Shown in pieces: positions 24,626 through 39,385 of a DNA stretch of 64,000 nt. Origin of the DNA: Octopus bimaculoides (taxonomy: Eukaryota); the NCBI RefSeq assembly GCF_001194135.2, contig NC_068992.1, forward strand, positions 2,416,711-2,480,710. The letters are read 5' to 3'. A program made the translations under genes and the position numbers. The notes beneath the pieces are model-generated. The model did no database searches, was not told the origin of the DNA, and was given only the letters and a program-made list of their open reading frames with translations. Numbering within the stretch: position 1 is the first letter of the stretch; every line of letters begins with the position of its first letter.

Positions 24626-25799
24626 AAAAAAGCTGATTCTGTGAGATGAGAACTCAGCTTCTTCAATAATGGTTTTCTAAATAAAGAACTTTCAAATCAT
24701 TAAAAGTTTTATCAAATCTTGGCAAAATAACGAATGAACAATGAATTTGGTAACTGGCTGATTCCTGGCAATTTATCAACTCCAAGAATCCATAGTTATT
24801 TTCTATGTATTTGTTTTGAAAGAGTTTACCAACATAACTATTGTCTGTGCTTGTACGAATTTTGGTTATTCCAAAAGACAACATACAAAGCACACATCAT
24901 TTCTACCATACACATGTACATCATACACATATAAGTATAACCTACATCATAGATATATCTGTATAATACACATCATGCAAATATATGTATAATGTACATT
25001 ATACATACATCATACATATATATGTATTTATACATATATGCATAAATACACATATAAACTTACACATATATTTTTCTACAAATACACATAAGATGCATGT
25101 ACATACATAATATATGTATATCAAAGCAGTAGATATACGGCAATATACACACACACACACAGAGAGGCTCATCTGTGCATCATTGTATAGGTACATCTTT
25201 ATCTTAATTGTAAGATCTTGTATACAAGCACATCTGCATATCATTATATATACTTGTAGTCTGAAATATTATCTATGTGATGTCACGTATTCTTCCATTA
25301 GCAACTTACTATAAATATAATTTTTTTTTTCCTCCTAGAGAGGAAAAATACATCTGTATAGAAATATATAAAATATCAATCTATACTATTTATTTTTCAG
25401 ACTCATTCTTTTATAATTCTATGCATAAACCTGAACACCTAAGTATATTTTTCTGTTTTTTTTTTTTGTTTTTTTTTGCTGTTGTATTTTTAATAATAAA
25501 AATAAATAACAATGAAAATAAATAAAAACATAAATAAAGAAAACATAAATAAGCTAGAAATGTCCATAATAAGGCTTTTTAGAAAGCTTATAATTGCTTG
25601 TGATATATTGTAATTCTGAAGGAGACAGCAAACCTAAAAGCAAAAAGAAGAAGAGAACCAGTTTCTGAATTTGTTTATCCATACGTGTATTGGTCCAACA
25701 GAGGTGGAGATGGCAAGCTCGGAAGAATTACACATGAAGAACTTTATTCTTTTTCTAAGTTTTATCATCACTCAGTATTTACTTTTTATCAGTCTGGAA

Positions 25800-26131
25800 C
25801 AAGGGTTCTCAACCTTTTTCTCCTCTGTGTACCCCTCTGATTACTATTTTATTCTAGTGGACCTCCATAGCCATTTGATGTTTAAAAACTGGTTTTATAG
25901 AAACCTCTTTCCAAGTTTCTATTTTGTTTTTCCCCACATTAACTTGTGTTGGTTGAATTATGTAAAATATTAGAGAAAAGAAACTAAGCTCTTTCTTGCA
26001 ATACATCCCAATGCATAGATCTAAAGCAATATTTTTTCAGAGGCCCTTAAAATATCATGTGGATCCCCAATTTACTATTTTGTTATGTGGACCCCACAAA
26101 ATGTTATATGGACCCTGATCGAGAACCAGTG
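25800..26131 (+). mobile_element. hAT (Charlie-like) MITE
   Basis: Termini CAAGGGTTCTCAACC / GATCGAGAACCAGTG; degenerate 8-bp TSD GTCTGGAA / GTCACGAA; inverted homologue near 35570-35785. Confidence 0.65.
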
Positions 26132-26867
26132 GTCACGAATCAGGAGTAAGTAAGCTCAATACATTAGACCCTCATTTTATCCCTTCCAATATGAAATCAA
26201 AATTTTGTTGTCTTTCTTGTATAAATTGACCGACCGATTGTATGGTATTAATTATCAAGCTCTCCGTACAGTATGAATTAACATATCAACTGTAGAGAAG
26301 CAATTATCCAACAAATTAGGTATCTGTTTAAGGCGGTGAGCTGGCAGAAATCTTAGCATGCTGGGCAAAATGTTTAACAGCATTTCATCTGTCTATGTAT
26401 ATATATATATTTTACTCAAAGTCCCAAAGCGACACATAAGCAAAATGGTATGATTTAAATATATTAAGCCTTTTGTCTTCTTCTTGAGGCTCTCTTCTTT
26501 TCTTTCCTTTCTTTTAAGTATTTTTCTTCACTCTGATGAAGATCTATGTTCTGGATTGGATGTGTTACCAAATATCATGAATATCATTTTCAGAATATTC
26601 AATAGCAATACTGTATAACATTGGAAGCAGAAACAGCTGTTAGATGGGATACAGTCTGTTTGTATTAAAAGTGATAACTGACGTTAATCAACTGTTGTTG
26701 ATCAATATTTCTCCATTTTCTGTTTACTTTAAATTTGATTCCTGATAAACTCATTTTTGTCTTTGTCATTGTCTGTAACCTATGAGCATAATACGCTTGC
26801 ATGTGTATGTCCAAGGTTAACATAGGTAATTTATACCGGTAGTATAATGATATTGATCAGCCTAAAG

Positions 26868-26967
26868 TTGTGGTAGAAGACATTTGCCCAAGTTGGCATG
26901 CAGTGGGACTGAACCCAGAACCATGTGGCTGGGAAGAAGCAAGCTTCTTACAACTCAGCCACACCAG
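26868..26967 (-). mobile_element. SINE family B head fragment
   Basis: GTAGAAGACATTTGCCCAAG..GTGGGACTGAACCCAGAACCATGTGG. Confidence 0.75.
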
Positions 26968-27569
26968 AGTGTGAACATATCTATATGTAGTTTGTGTATA
27001 TATTTATGTATGTATACATGCAGATGTGTGTATGTGAGTAGCCATGTAACTACTTTACAGCAAGAAACCTATCCTGTTTTGGTCCCTTCTCTCATTCTTT
27101 TAAACTCCACCACTTCCTGGAGTAAAATTGCTCCCTTCAGCAGTAAAGGTTCCCCCTTGTAGTCCTGCAGGTTGCATGTGATGGCTGCATGAAAAGAATT
27201 CATGTTGACAATGATGATAGTTACAATGATGATGAGACGATGATATTGATGATGATGATGATGATGGTAATAATATGTAAAGTTGAAAATACTGTTATTT
27301 TGCAAATGAAGTTGTATCCTTGGTCAGGTCAAAGAAGTGAACAGAAAGTTTTTGACAGAAACGAAACAATAAATAAACCAAGAGTGAATATAACAATGAT
27401 TGTGCTGTTGTGAAATGGTTAAAATATCTCTTTGCACCGTTTGACAGCTCCTTGCTTTCACTTTCACAATTCTATATTTCTCTGTTGTTCTACTTTTGTC
27501 ATCATATTTGTTTAACAAGATTGTTCTATTTTTTTATTATACTAACATGTCTTAAACACTTGTTTATGA

Positions 27570-28130
27570 ACATACATACATACACACATACATACATACA
27601 TACACACATATATGCATACACACATACATACATACACACATATATGCATACACGCATACATACATACATACATACATGTATACATACATACATACAAGTA
27701 TGTATACATGCATACATATATACATGTATGTATACATGGATATATATACATATATGCATATATACATACATACACACATACACACATACATACATACACA
27801 CATGCACACATACACACATACATACATACACACATACAGATGTACATAATGTATACATACATGTATACATACATACATGCATATATACATGTATACATAC
27901 ATTTATGTATGTAGACATACATACATATATACACATACATACATGCATATATATATATATACATACATTCATGTATACANNNNNNNNNNNNNNNNNNNNN
28001 NNNNNNNNNNNNNNNNNNNNNNNNNNNNNNNNNNNNNNNNNNNNNNNNNNNNNNNNNNNNNNNNNNNNNNNNNNNNNNNATGCATACATACATGCATGCA
28101 TACATACATACATACATACACACATACATC
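27570..28130. repeat. Degenerate (TACA)n/(CA)n simple repeat with gap
   Basis: Directly visible. Confidence 0.95.
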
Positions 28131-28726
28131 ATCTATGCACAAATATGTACACTAATGACTGCACCTGTTGATGTATTTAAACATACCTGAGTGCTAAATG
28201 AAAAAAACAAAAAACCTGAGGAATCTTTCAAATATATTTTTTAATCTTACCATTTTACATTCCAGCTTCTCACAAACAGAAGCTGACAAATTATTGCCAT
28301 CTGGTAATTGTGCTTTACATTTTCACATATACCTAATTTAGAATTGCTTGAACTGTAGAAGTTTTTTGTCTTTGGAGTTATATCTAATAAAGACCACTGG
28401 CATCTGGTTTTGAGTAGAGAGAAAATTTCCCAAGGGTGCCTTCTGCAAGAAGAACACATAATTAAGGGCAGACACCAGCACTTGTTGTACTGAGCAGAAA
28501 ATAATTATAATGAAATGAAATTATGGAATAAGAGATTACCTCCACCTGACCCAGATTTTCAATTGACCAAAAATTAAATGGTTTACATCAGTATAAATTG
28601 CAACATGTTATTATTATGAATCTTTTACATTACTAAAGACAGGATTCTATAACACTTTTACAATCACTTTTTTCCATACCTCATCTTGTGATGCACCTGG
28701 ATCCCATCATTAGTGATGCTTCCAGA

Positions 28727-29090
28727 GATCGTTAGGGGTTTCCAGTTTGTTCAACCTCAGATAACCCCACTCTAATGTTTCAGTCAAGATTGGTCAAGCT
28801 CCATCTAGGGTCCAGTTAGCACTACCCCATGATAGCACTGCTCCTTCCAGGTCTTGAACCACATGATTGACAGCCACCTTGAGCAACTTCTGCCTCCTGG
28901 GATCATTAGGGTTTCCAGTCTTTCAACCTCGGATACCCTCACCCTGGTGGTCTAGTCAAGGTTGGTCAAGCTCCATCTGGGGTCCAGTTAGTGCTACCTC
29001 ACCATAGCACTGCCCCTGACAAGGCTTCAACCTCCTGATCTAACAGCCACTTTGAGCAACATCTGCCTCCTGGGGTCATTAGGGTTTCTA
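28727..29090. repeat. ~174-bp tandem repeat, just over 2 units
   Basis: GATC(G/A)TTAGGGTTTC recurs at 28727, 28901 and 29074; the units align along their length. Confidence 0.85.
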
Positions 29091-29822
29091 GAGGGTGTCT
29101 GTTATGACCCTGAAAACCTGGTCATGCCTTCACTGGCAACATCCCTCTCCCAAGGCTTATGAACAGGTCCTGAGGATGTAGCTTGACCAGAAACAAATCA
29201 CCAACACCACATTTCATAATTTCAGAATGAACTTTATAATTCTAAAATGATAAAGTAAGTAATTTCAAAAATACTTTCAGAATAATTAAATTTTTAATGA
29301 TATTTCTAATGAAATAAAGTGTCCAAATACTTCAGTTTATTTCTTAAGACAATCAAGAATTTTGGAGAGCTTCATTTAGCTATATTTGGAAAATAATTCA
29401 AGAATTAGTTTTTACAAAAAGTTATGATGGAAGAAGAAAGAGCAACTTAAGTATAAATGCAGTGAACAGTTTATGTCTCGTTGCAGGTCAGTTTTTGGTC
29501 AGTCAAGAGTTAATGGATAAATTCACTTCTAACCTATGTACCACTAACATCATCAAGGATTTGTATATGGGTTATTTTTTTTTTCCTGTTAGTGCACAAC
29601 AGTGGTGAGTGTTTTACCAACTCTTTCAAATGCATCTTGACTCTGCCAAGTCTAATATTCTAAGAATTTATTTGAATACTTCATTAAATCAAATCTGAAT
29701 TTCTTATGGCTCACCTTAACTTCAATATAAAGAAGAAAAAGGAGAAGACTCATGACAACGAAGTTTTTTCTTTTTTATTATTATGCCCAATATTCAAATA
29801 ATCTCTTCAAGAGGCTGTAAGA

Positions 29823-30030
29823 TCATCTGACCTGATTTAGTCTGCTCAAAGGTGATTCTTTGTGAGTTAAATGACTTTTAACTTGAACACTGATATTACA
29901 TTTTATTGGTGATAAATCAAATCCTTTGTACAAAACACCGAAATCAGTTATTGCGTGGTCAAGCAATTTTCTGGCCTGACACCAATCGATATTCCTTTGG
30001 AGAGTGGACGATAATATATTGTTAGTTCTC
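29823..30030 (-). mobile_element. Possible degenerate LINE RT C-terminal fragment
   Basis: LQRNIDWCQ and TDFGVL weakly resemble LQxDLDxLxxWC and KDLGV. Confidence 0.3.
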
Positions 30031-30392
30031 ACTGTGAAAATAGTTCTGTTATAACCGTTTATTTTAATTACTCCTCAAATACTTGAATAAACAGCTAAAA
30101 AAGGGTTTTGTTTTTAATCCTTCATCTTTCCCGCAGAAGGTTAAGTCATTCTTGTATTACTTCAATATAGCGACAAACAGTGATAGAATTCATGTTTATG
30201 AATGTCTCTGTATCTTTCACTCCACATTTTTGTTATGTTCTCTTATGGGTCCCTCCAAAAATTAAATATTTGTCATGGAGAAGCAATCAACCATAAAATA
30301 TTACTTCTATTGTAGCATTTCATTTTCTCTACCAACAGAGATTACCATACTTTGATTTCAACCGAGAACAGCAGGGATGATATCCTCATTTT

Positions 30393-30436
<44 letters not shown>

Positions 30437-32206
30437 TACACACACACACTTACACATGTATATATATATATCATATATAAGTGGGGATATCATGCATTCT
30501 GTTTTTGATCTGAAACTAAAACCCAGTTGACTCTATTGACAGAGAAAAGGAAAGGAAGTTTAATATTGATTAAATCAGTTGGAAGAGAATGAAACAAAAA
30601 ATAAGCAGGAAAACCACTTTATAATGGATAGATGTTCAAGAATTTGCCTTTTCTTTCTTTCTTTTCTCTTTTTTTTCTATATTTTCTAGCATTTATGAAT
30701 CGTGCTTACATTGTAGAAGCTTTGAAATATCTTCATGCTGTACCCTAGTGGTTCTAAAGTTATTTTAGAAATATATCAAATATTTGATGGAACTCAATTT
30801 AATGAAAAAGAAGATATAAGATTTGTAAATGGAAAATATGTAACTTACAGAGAAAATTTTATTATCAGAAAATGAATGAATATACATGTGTGTGTTGTGG
30901 TGTATATAAACGTGTTTCTATATGCAAGTATGTTTGTGTTTGTGTGAATGTGCATGTGTGTGCATGCAAGTGTAATCAAACAAAAATTTAGATAAGCTAT
31001 CCCAATAATGTATTTGAAATGTCTTGCCAGCACCACTAGAGGCTGCTTGCTTTGGAATATTAATTATATAACCATTGTACTTTGCATGACTTGTTAACTT
31101 CAAAAATGATGCAAGGAAAAAGCACTGCGTTTAATGCATTTGTGAATATATGAGATTTGCAACTGGATACATGAGTAGACTTTTAGACTTTCAACAGAAT
31201 GCTTGGTGGTTCATATCATTTTATTGTTGTTTATTTATGTCCATGCCGAAGAATCACCATTGTCAAATAGTTCAGTAGAATGTGTTGGACATAGATACAT
31301 GGCTGTAACCAGTTCAGTTCAAAGTGTTCTATAAAGGTACATTGGTTGTGTGTTGTAAGCAGTGGAAGCATTGTTTAATTGATGTGTGCTTTGTTAGCTT
31401 CTAGTAGAGAAGTGAAACACTTTCATGAATATGAGTTAGAAATAGAATATGTCTGAACTGCCACATTGCATCACATTAAAGTAACTACTGATGAACTGCA
31501 TTGTCCTGGACAGGACAGAGATCTGACACATTTGCAGGTCATTTTAGTGTATTACACCATGTTTGGTCAAATCCCTTTGTGACATTGGTCTAATTTATTA
31601 AGGCACGTCTGGGGTTACACAGTGGGGTCTGCTTGGTTAACTTGATCTAAAGTCACATGTAATCTTGAAGCCCCAAAATGTATAATTCATCTCGTTAGTT
31701 GGTAATTGATTTCATGAAATAGTTCTATTTCCATTCAATTGCCAGTCAAATAACTAAGAGAGATTAACCTCTGCATCATGAATAACAGCAAAGTGTGGAA
31801 AATGAGAGCCTTTAGCATTCAGATTACTCCATCAAATGTAATGCTTATTTATTCAAATTGTTTCAAATTAATCTAATTTTATCTCATAGCTTTGAAATAT
31901 CAATGATGTGATTGTTTATTTTAACAATGATATTATAGGGCAGATGTGAGAAGCCAAATCTGGCTAGAATAATTCGGTCTTATTAGACACATTACATGTG
32001 ATCTTCTTCTAGCACATTAACAGTCCACCTAGTGGTCTCCTTTATATATATATATGTGCATATATATGTGTATATATGTGTGTATATGCATGAGCATGTG
32101 TGTATGTATATGTATGTATATATATGTATGTATGTGTGTGTATATATAAATATATATATATATGTATAATATATAAAAACATTTATACATATATATATAT
32201 GTGTGT

Positions 32207-32262
<56 letters not shown>

Positions 32263-32657
32263 ACACCAGTACAAGAACTGGGTTTTCAACACTTGTTTAC
32301 TCTAAGTTTCAGTTGCCACTCTTTTGAAAACACTTTCAACTGCTGATACCATTAAACATCCAATAAAAGGCTTAAAAGAAAAAAAATTGTAGCATCAAAA
32401 TCGATAAATGGATAAATAAATGCATGTAACAATTGATTGTGTTATCTATTGTGGTGTTTGAATATCTATCAACCTTGCTTTCATCGAATGTTTATCAATG
32501 TTTAATGGTATTGACTGTTGAAGGTGAAAGGCCAGGTTGGAAACTCGGAGTAAACAACTTTTGAAAACCGCAATATTTGCTACTGTTCTTATCACGTCTA
32601 GCTCTATTTTATGAACTGAGTACCACCTCCTGGCACTACCACGAGTACTTTACATCA

Positions 32658-32713
<56 letters not shown>

Positions 32714-35255
32714 TTCTCTGTTATAAAATTGGAGTAAATCATGAATAGTGCCCTGTTACTCCATCTCAAGTATTGTAAACTTGGTGGGGGTCTATCTGTC
32801 CCCTAGTTTTAACCCACAGTGGATTTCTTCTAGAAAGGAGTGACAGAGTTATGGAAGGAAAATTAGGCCCTGAATAAATACTTTATTTATTGACTCAAAA
32901 AAAGAAAGAAGAAAAATGCAAAGTAAATTTGGTCTCAGTAAGATTCCAACTTAAGGATCCAGTGAAACATAACAAATCCCCAAAAGCATTTTATCTGATA
33001 CTCTAACACAGTGGTTCTCAGAAAGCCAGATCACATTCCTTCCATCTATGGTCCTTAGTTTCCTCATTTCTGCCACCCTTTTCATTTATCATCTTGTAAT
33101 TTTTCACCATTCTAATATTACAGGAACAATTATTGAAACAATTTCTGAAATTAAATGATTTTATTAATTGCAATCAAATCAACAAAAGAAACCTAATTTC
33201 TAAAAGAATTATCAAATTCCTTAGTTAATGAAATGGTCAACTTATTTTGAAGAAAACTCGTCCTTCCTATGGCCATTTATGGCTTAATGGAACTGCAGCT
33301 GAGTTCACATGATCTTCAGCTCAGAAAACAGCAACTTCTGCCAAAGTATATTAAGGAAAACAAAAACCAAGAATATGAATGTTTCATGTAAATGATTATC
33401 AAAACCATATTCATTGGAACACACTTAAACTACGAGAATACATTCACATGCAAGAACATTCAAACAATAATTGCATCGCTGAGATCTATGCATGAACAAG
33501 CATGTAAATAAATATGCATACATACATCACACATGACTAGATCCCTAAACACATGTTACATACATGTTCATATCCACATATTTATAGGCATACCCAAACA
33601 CAAATATATTCGTGCCCCTCTCTCTCTCTCTCTCCCCTCCCGTTCCTAATCATTCTTACCAATATTCCCCACCCCTCACACACATACACACATACATTCC
33701 CTTTTAACACATTCCTATACACTTCATAAAACACCGATCCTCTCATCACTGACCTGAATATAAAGACAAACAGGCATAAATAGATACATTTAATAAAGAG
33801 GTACATGCACACCATAACTGGATCCTGCTGCTGTTTGAGTTATGAATATATGTTTTTTAATTATGATTTTTTTGTTAATACCAGCAGGTGTTAAAAATCA
33901 TTAATTTGTTTCTCTCCAACTGTTGTCACTTATCTTATTCTAGTTGTTTCTTTTGCCTCTTCACGCTTTATATCTAAATTACATTTTTCTTTATATTTTA
34001 CTTCAATATTTTTTTACTTAAATAGACGGGCAAATTTTGCTTGCCACCCACATAATCAATTCATAGACGCTAAATGCAAACACACACATATACATAGACA
34101 TGCATGTACATGCACACACAAACACTATACATTATGCATACTGGCATCACCTACCAAATAAATTAAATGAGTGAAGATAAAAAAAAATAGTTTTTAAAAT
34201 ATCAACAACACAGAAATTTTGCAACAACAAAAAGGAGTGAAGATGAGAAAAGTTCCTGGTGAGACAAGCTCGTAAGCAGTGGGAGAAAAAGACATTTAAC
34301 TGTGTAGAAAATATATTAATGAGGTCTAAAATTTCAAAGTAAATTTCCTACTTCATTTTCAACATGCAAATCATTTTTTATTTGTTTTAATGCACTTTTA
34401 CTTTTTACGCTTGTTAGTATTATATGGGTGGGTGGGCATGGAGAGAGAGGGGAGTCTGTGTAAGGGGCACTGTGTGTGGATGTGTGTGTGTAGAGAGGTT
34501 TCTATGCTTGCAAGCATACTCACGCACACACACACATATATATATGCATGAACACTAACGTTATATGATGTTGCTTCTAATATACATGCAAGTCTGACAT
34601 AGACTGCTGAACACATAAGCAGATACGTGTTTATTTATCTAACTGAATCAATACTTGTTTATAGAGAAGAGATATCATTTTAATTGCTGCTAGTTAATGT
34701 AGCTGAAGGGCCAATAAATTTGTTAATATTACGTATATTCCAATAACAACAACTACAGATAATTATTGCATGAAATACGTTGATCAGCAGATTTCTTTTT
34801 ACTTTAATTAATGGGTTTCAGGACCTGATGGTGCAAGTATAATTTGGTACTCCCCACCACCACCACCACCATTTTGCTTCAATTAACAGCTGTGAGGGGT
34901 CTGAAGAAATCTTATGTCCCTTCCTTCATGTGCTCAAGCAGCTTCTGCCATCAACCCCTGCTGCAATTCTGCTTTTTCTATCATAGGTTATAAGGGGATC
35001 AGTTTGGGTGCAAAAACGTTTTATGGAAGTAAAATAATAATAATAACAACAACAAGAAGGAAAAGAATAATAATAGTAATAATAATAGTAATAGTAATAA
35101 TAATAATAATAATAATAGTAATAATAATGATAATAACAATAATAATAATAACAATACCAGTCCCACTACTTGGCACTTTGGGTGTATGTATATATATATA
35201 CTTATTTATTTATTTATTTATTTATTTATACACACATAGATATGTTACACGGTGG

Positions 35256-35530
35256 GTGCATGGTTTAGTGGTTAGGGTGTTGCTCTTGTGAGCACTCGAT
35301 CATGGTTTTAATTCCCAGATTGGGCAATGCGATGTGCTCATGAGCAAAAGCACTACATTTCATGCAGCTCTGCAACCACTTCAGCACCAGATGTGTGGCA
35401 CACCTGTATACTTGTACAAGCAATGTTGATCTGATGGAATGAGCGAATTAATTGTGCAACTGGAAATAACTGTGGTGCACATGACCCCTGTGGGTCCGTG
35501 TAAGATCTCGGTGGGACCCATGCAGCTGAA
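35256..35530 (+). mobile_element. Degenerate tRNA-derived SINE related to family C
   Basis: TGGTTTAGTGGTTAGGG A box, GGTTTTAATTCCC, GAGCAAAAGCACT. Confidence 0.6.
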
Positions 35531-35998
35531 ATAATAAACTGGATATGCAAATGAAAAATGTTTGCTTTAGAAATATTTATTGCAAAAAGCAGCTGGGTTT
35601 CTTTCTCTAAGATTTTACAAAGTTGAAACCACACAAGTGAATGTGTGGAAACAAAATAGGAATTTTAAAAGCAGCATCAATAAAACTAGTTTCTAAACAT
35701 CGAATGGCTGGGTGGCGGTTCACCAGAATAAAATAGTAATGGAAAAGTCCATAGGTAGAAAATGGCTGGAAACCAATGCTACAAAGGAAACACCTGTGCA
35801 GGTTGTCCAGCAAGATATAACAGGATTCTCATCTATTAATTATGACAGGTGAGCCATGTTGTATATATGGAAAATATACCTTACAGTAATATGTAGTCAA
35901 GTTAAATCTTATGAAATCTGTACCTTCAACACAGTACTACAACATAAAACTATAGAACGATAAGATAGCAATCTATCCTGGCTTTATAAGAATAACTT

Positions 35999-36800
35999 TA
36001 TAATAATAATAATAATAATAATGAAATTATTGTGTTTAGTGCTCAGGTGCACTACAACTCATCAAAGAATTATGTACAAAAGTCAGGAAAGTGAACAGTG
36101 CATGAGTCGTAATATACATATGTGCATGCGTAAGGAGGCAGGGGAAATCAGGTGTTAGTGTTGGCAAATTTCAGGAAGCATGAAGGTTTTAAAGGATGCA
36201 ATGTCTCTGCAGCTAACAAATGATGCAAGTAATTTGTTCCATGCTTCAGTAACTCTGAGTGTGAAAAAAATGTTTCTGAAAGTCATGGGAGCTGTGCTGT
36301 TTTCTGACTTTGTAGGCATGCCCACATGTGTTAGACACATGGAGCTGAAAAATGGTGCTCAAAGTGGTTGTTGGCACAAGGGTTAATAATTTTGTAGGTG
36401 TTTACCAAGTCAGTTGCCAGATGTCAGAGCTTCAATGTATCCATGCCCAGGGAAGCAAGTCGTTCAAAATGTGGTAGATGCCTGATGGAGGGTATCTCTT
36501 GACTGCACATCTCTAAACAGTTTCCAGGAGGTTAATCTTCCGAGCAAGTTAGGAGTTCCAGACTGGTGATGCAAACTCCAAGTGTGGCCACACCATAGCC
36601 ATATACTGCCTTAAATAGAAAGCTGGAGAGCGGCTGACAAAGGTCTTGTTGGGTGATGCCAAGACACCCTCAGCCTTCTTGACAATTTTAGAGATGTGCT
36701 TTGTCCAGTGCTGACACTAATGTCCAGGTCACGTTTGCAAGACGACTTCTTGATATCATTTTTGTGGAGAGCGTATGTAGAGTATGTGAGGAAATATATC
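35999..36800 (-). mobile_element. 5'-truncated CR1/L2-like LINE (ORF2 C-terminus, 3' UTR, (TAT)n tail)
   Basis: With frameshifts: IKKSSCKRDL, MVWPHLEFASPVWN, LGMDTLKL, TYKII, TCGHAYKVRKQHSSHDF, FFTLRVTEAWNKL; tail at 35999-36021. Confidence 0.85.
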
Positions 36801-37694
36801 TGTAAAAGTAATTTGGCTTTGTTAATAAAAGAAGCAAAAAACCCCAAATTAACAAAAATATCTCAGGAAATTTTATGTAATAAAAAATGTGCACTTTCTA
36901 GGAATTGAAACCTGCCTGTAAGTTTTGGTTTAGCCAATAGTTCAACTGTTGCCTGTAAAATTTAAGAAATGTTAGATGGAAAATAATTCTGCTGATATCT
37001 GTATACCAGTGTACAGATGCAGAAACAACATCAACCACAACAACAAACTTAAAACATATTTTATTAATGTACTGCAAATGTTAATGTAGATAGAAAAGGA
37101 AGTGGTGGTGGTGGTGGTGGTGGTGGCAGGGAGGCTCTTTAGTTAAATGTGTAGAAAGTGAACCGAGAGGGAACATGAGGGAAAAGAAACAGAAAATACA
37201 ACAAAAAGAAGAAATAATCTAGAATGACAAGACTAAGGAACTGGGTCATTAATCTTTGGTACCACGTTAAAATTTGATGTTTTATGTTGCTGGAATCTTC
37301 ACTGTCACTGATATGTTCTTGTTCCTAAAAGAGGAAATGAACTGTTGGGGAAACGAAGGAAAATAAAATTAAAATGATTAACATTACAAAAACTTCTTCT
37401 TTTTGCATTTGCTTATTCATGATGGAATAAGTTATGATTAATGTGTAGAGGAATATTGGTTGTTAACATCTTTTTGTGACTGTATTGTAGTTAAATGTTC
37501 ATACATGTGTATGGGGTGGTGGTAGATATACACTTATGTGTGTGTCTTTATATGTATATATACGTATGTGTGAATGTATTTTAATACTCATGCACGTGTG
37601 CACAAGCATGCATAGGTATCAGTAAAATTCTATGTTCAGCATACACAAAAACTTGTGCATATACTTGTAAAGTAGTGAGGACTGTACATTTAAA

Positions 37695-37913
37695 TATTCT
37701 TTCCTACTCTAGGGCACAAGGCCTGAAATTTTGGGGGGAGGGGCCAGTTGATTAGATCGACCCCAGTACACTACTGATACTTAATTTATCAACCCCGAAA
37801 GAATAAAAGATAAAGTCGACCTCGGCAGAATTTGAACTTAGAACGTAAATACAGACGAAATACCGCTAAGCATTTTGCCCGGTGTGCTAACGTTTCCACC
37901 AGCTCACCGCCTT
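37695..37913 (-). mobile_element. SINE family A, full length
   Basis: Reverse complement of A box, B box, core and tail. Confidence 0.9.
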
Positions 37914-38095
37914 TGTACATTTAAATATTACACACAATAGCTCATCTGTTTCTATCCANNNNNNNNNNNNNNNNNNNNNNNNNNNNNNNNNNNNNNNNNN
38001 NNNNNNNNNNNNNNNNNNNNNNNNNNNNNNNNNNNNNNNNNNNNNNNNNNNNNNNNNNNNNNNNNNNNNNNNNNNNNNNNNNGTCTGTCTATCTT

Positions 38096-38134
<39 letters not shown>

Positions 38135-38874
38135 TTATATATATTTTTATATACATATATATATATAGAGACAGAGGTGTTTTTCACTGTTTCCATGGAA
38201 AAGTATTATGTTTTTTTTTTCAAGCAAAGGTCCAACTTGACAAACTATAATATCAATGATGAAGATAAGAATGATGGTGGTCCTAATATCATTGAAAAAA
38301 AAAAAACAGAAAATAATAATGCATTCATAAATGAGATGATGTTCAATTCTTAAAGGCAAGATGGTGGTCGTGGAGGTGAAGGAACGGAGTTGAAAAGAAG
38401 AAAATAATTGATTGGATGAATGAAAAAGATTCAACAAAAGACAAAAAAACAAAGAAGAATCTACTAAAAGACAAAAAGAAACGAAGGAAAACAACATAGA
38501 AATGAGTGGAAAAATCATCTGTGTACACCAAAGTCATGTAAAATGGGCCATAAACCATAAAAGCTACTCTCATGGCTGCACTAACTGCAGATTTTTGCAG
38601 CATTGAGAAGAATTCACTTTCTCTTAGTTCTATGGTGAAAATTGCATGTTTATTTGTGTTCATTAAAGTCATTTATTAACCCATAACTCGGAACCACATT
38701 ATCAATCTTCTACTATGTTCTAAATGAGCTTTTGATGGCAGCCTGCACTTATTGATTTTGGTGGGTTTTTGGGGGTTTTTTCTTTGTTGTCTTAAATTTT
38801 TTTTTTATTTATTTATCAAGACCAATTCTTGCTCAGTCTTCAGAAAAAGACTGAGAAACAGGTACACAACACCA

Positions 38875-39385
38875 TCAGCAGTAGCAATGGTTGTAGTTGT
38901 AGTAATAGTAGTTGTGGTGGTGGTTGTAGTAGTTGTGGTAACAGCAGCAGTGGTAGCAGCAGCAGCAACTGTAATAGTAGTAGTCGTAGTAGTAGCATAG
39001 TAGCAACAGCAGCAGTAGTTGTAGTAATAGTAGTAGTAGTCGTTGTAGTAGTAGCAGCAGCAGTAGTAGTAGTTGTGGCAGTAGCAGCTGTGGTGGTGGT
39101 GGTGGTGGTGGTGGCTGTAATAGTTGTGGTGGCGGCAGCAGCAACTGTAGTAGTAGTAGTAGCAGAAATAGTAGTAGTAGTAGTGGCACTGGCGGCTGTG
39201 GTAGTAGTGGTGTTGGCGGCAGCAGTGGAAGTAGTAGTGGTAGCAATAGTAATAGCAGCAGTTGTAGTAGTAGTGGTGGCGGCAGTAGTAGTAGTAGTAG
39301 CGGTGGTAGTGGCAGCGGTGGTACTAGTGGTGGCAGTAGCAGTAGTGGTGGTGGTGGTTGCGGTGGTGGCAACGGCAGCTGTAGT
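38875..39385. repeat. Mosaic (GTA/GTG/GCA)n trinucleotide repeat
   Basis: Directly visible; yields stop-free poly-Val/Ala and poly-Thr frames. Confidence 0.9.

Noticed and set aside
26533-26566. CTGATGAAGATC...GATT hammerhead-like start
   Set aside because: The GAAA core is absent (GGAT instead); at best an unrecognisably decayed copy.
29170-29194. CTGAGGA...GAAAC motif
   Set aside because: Only 2 bp of stem II, and no helix III, NUH triplet or stem I.
38220-38620. Lys/Asp/Glu-rich coding-like stretch
   Set aside because: Multiple stops in all frames and no recognisable motif; A-rich low complexity explains it.
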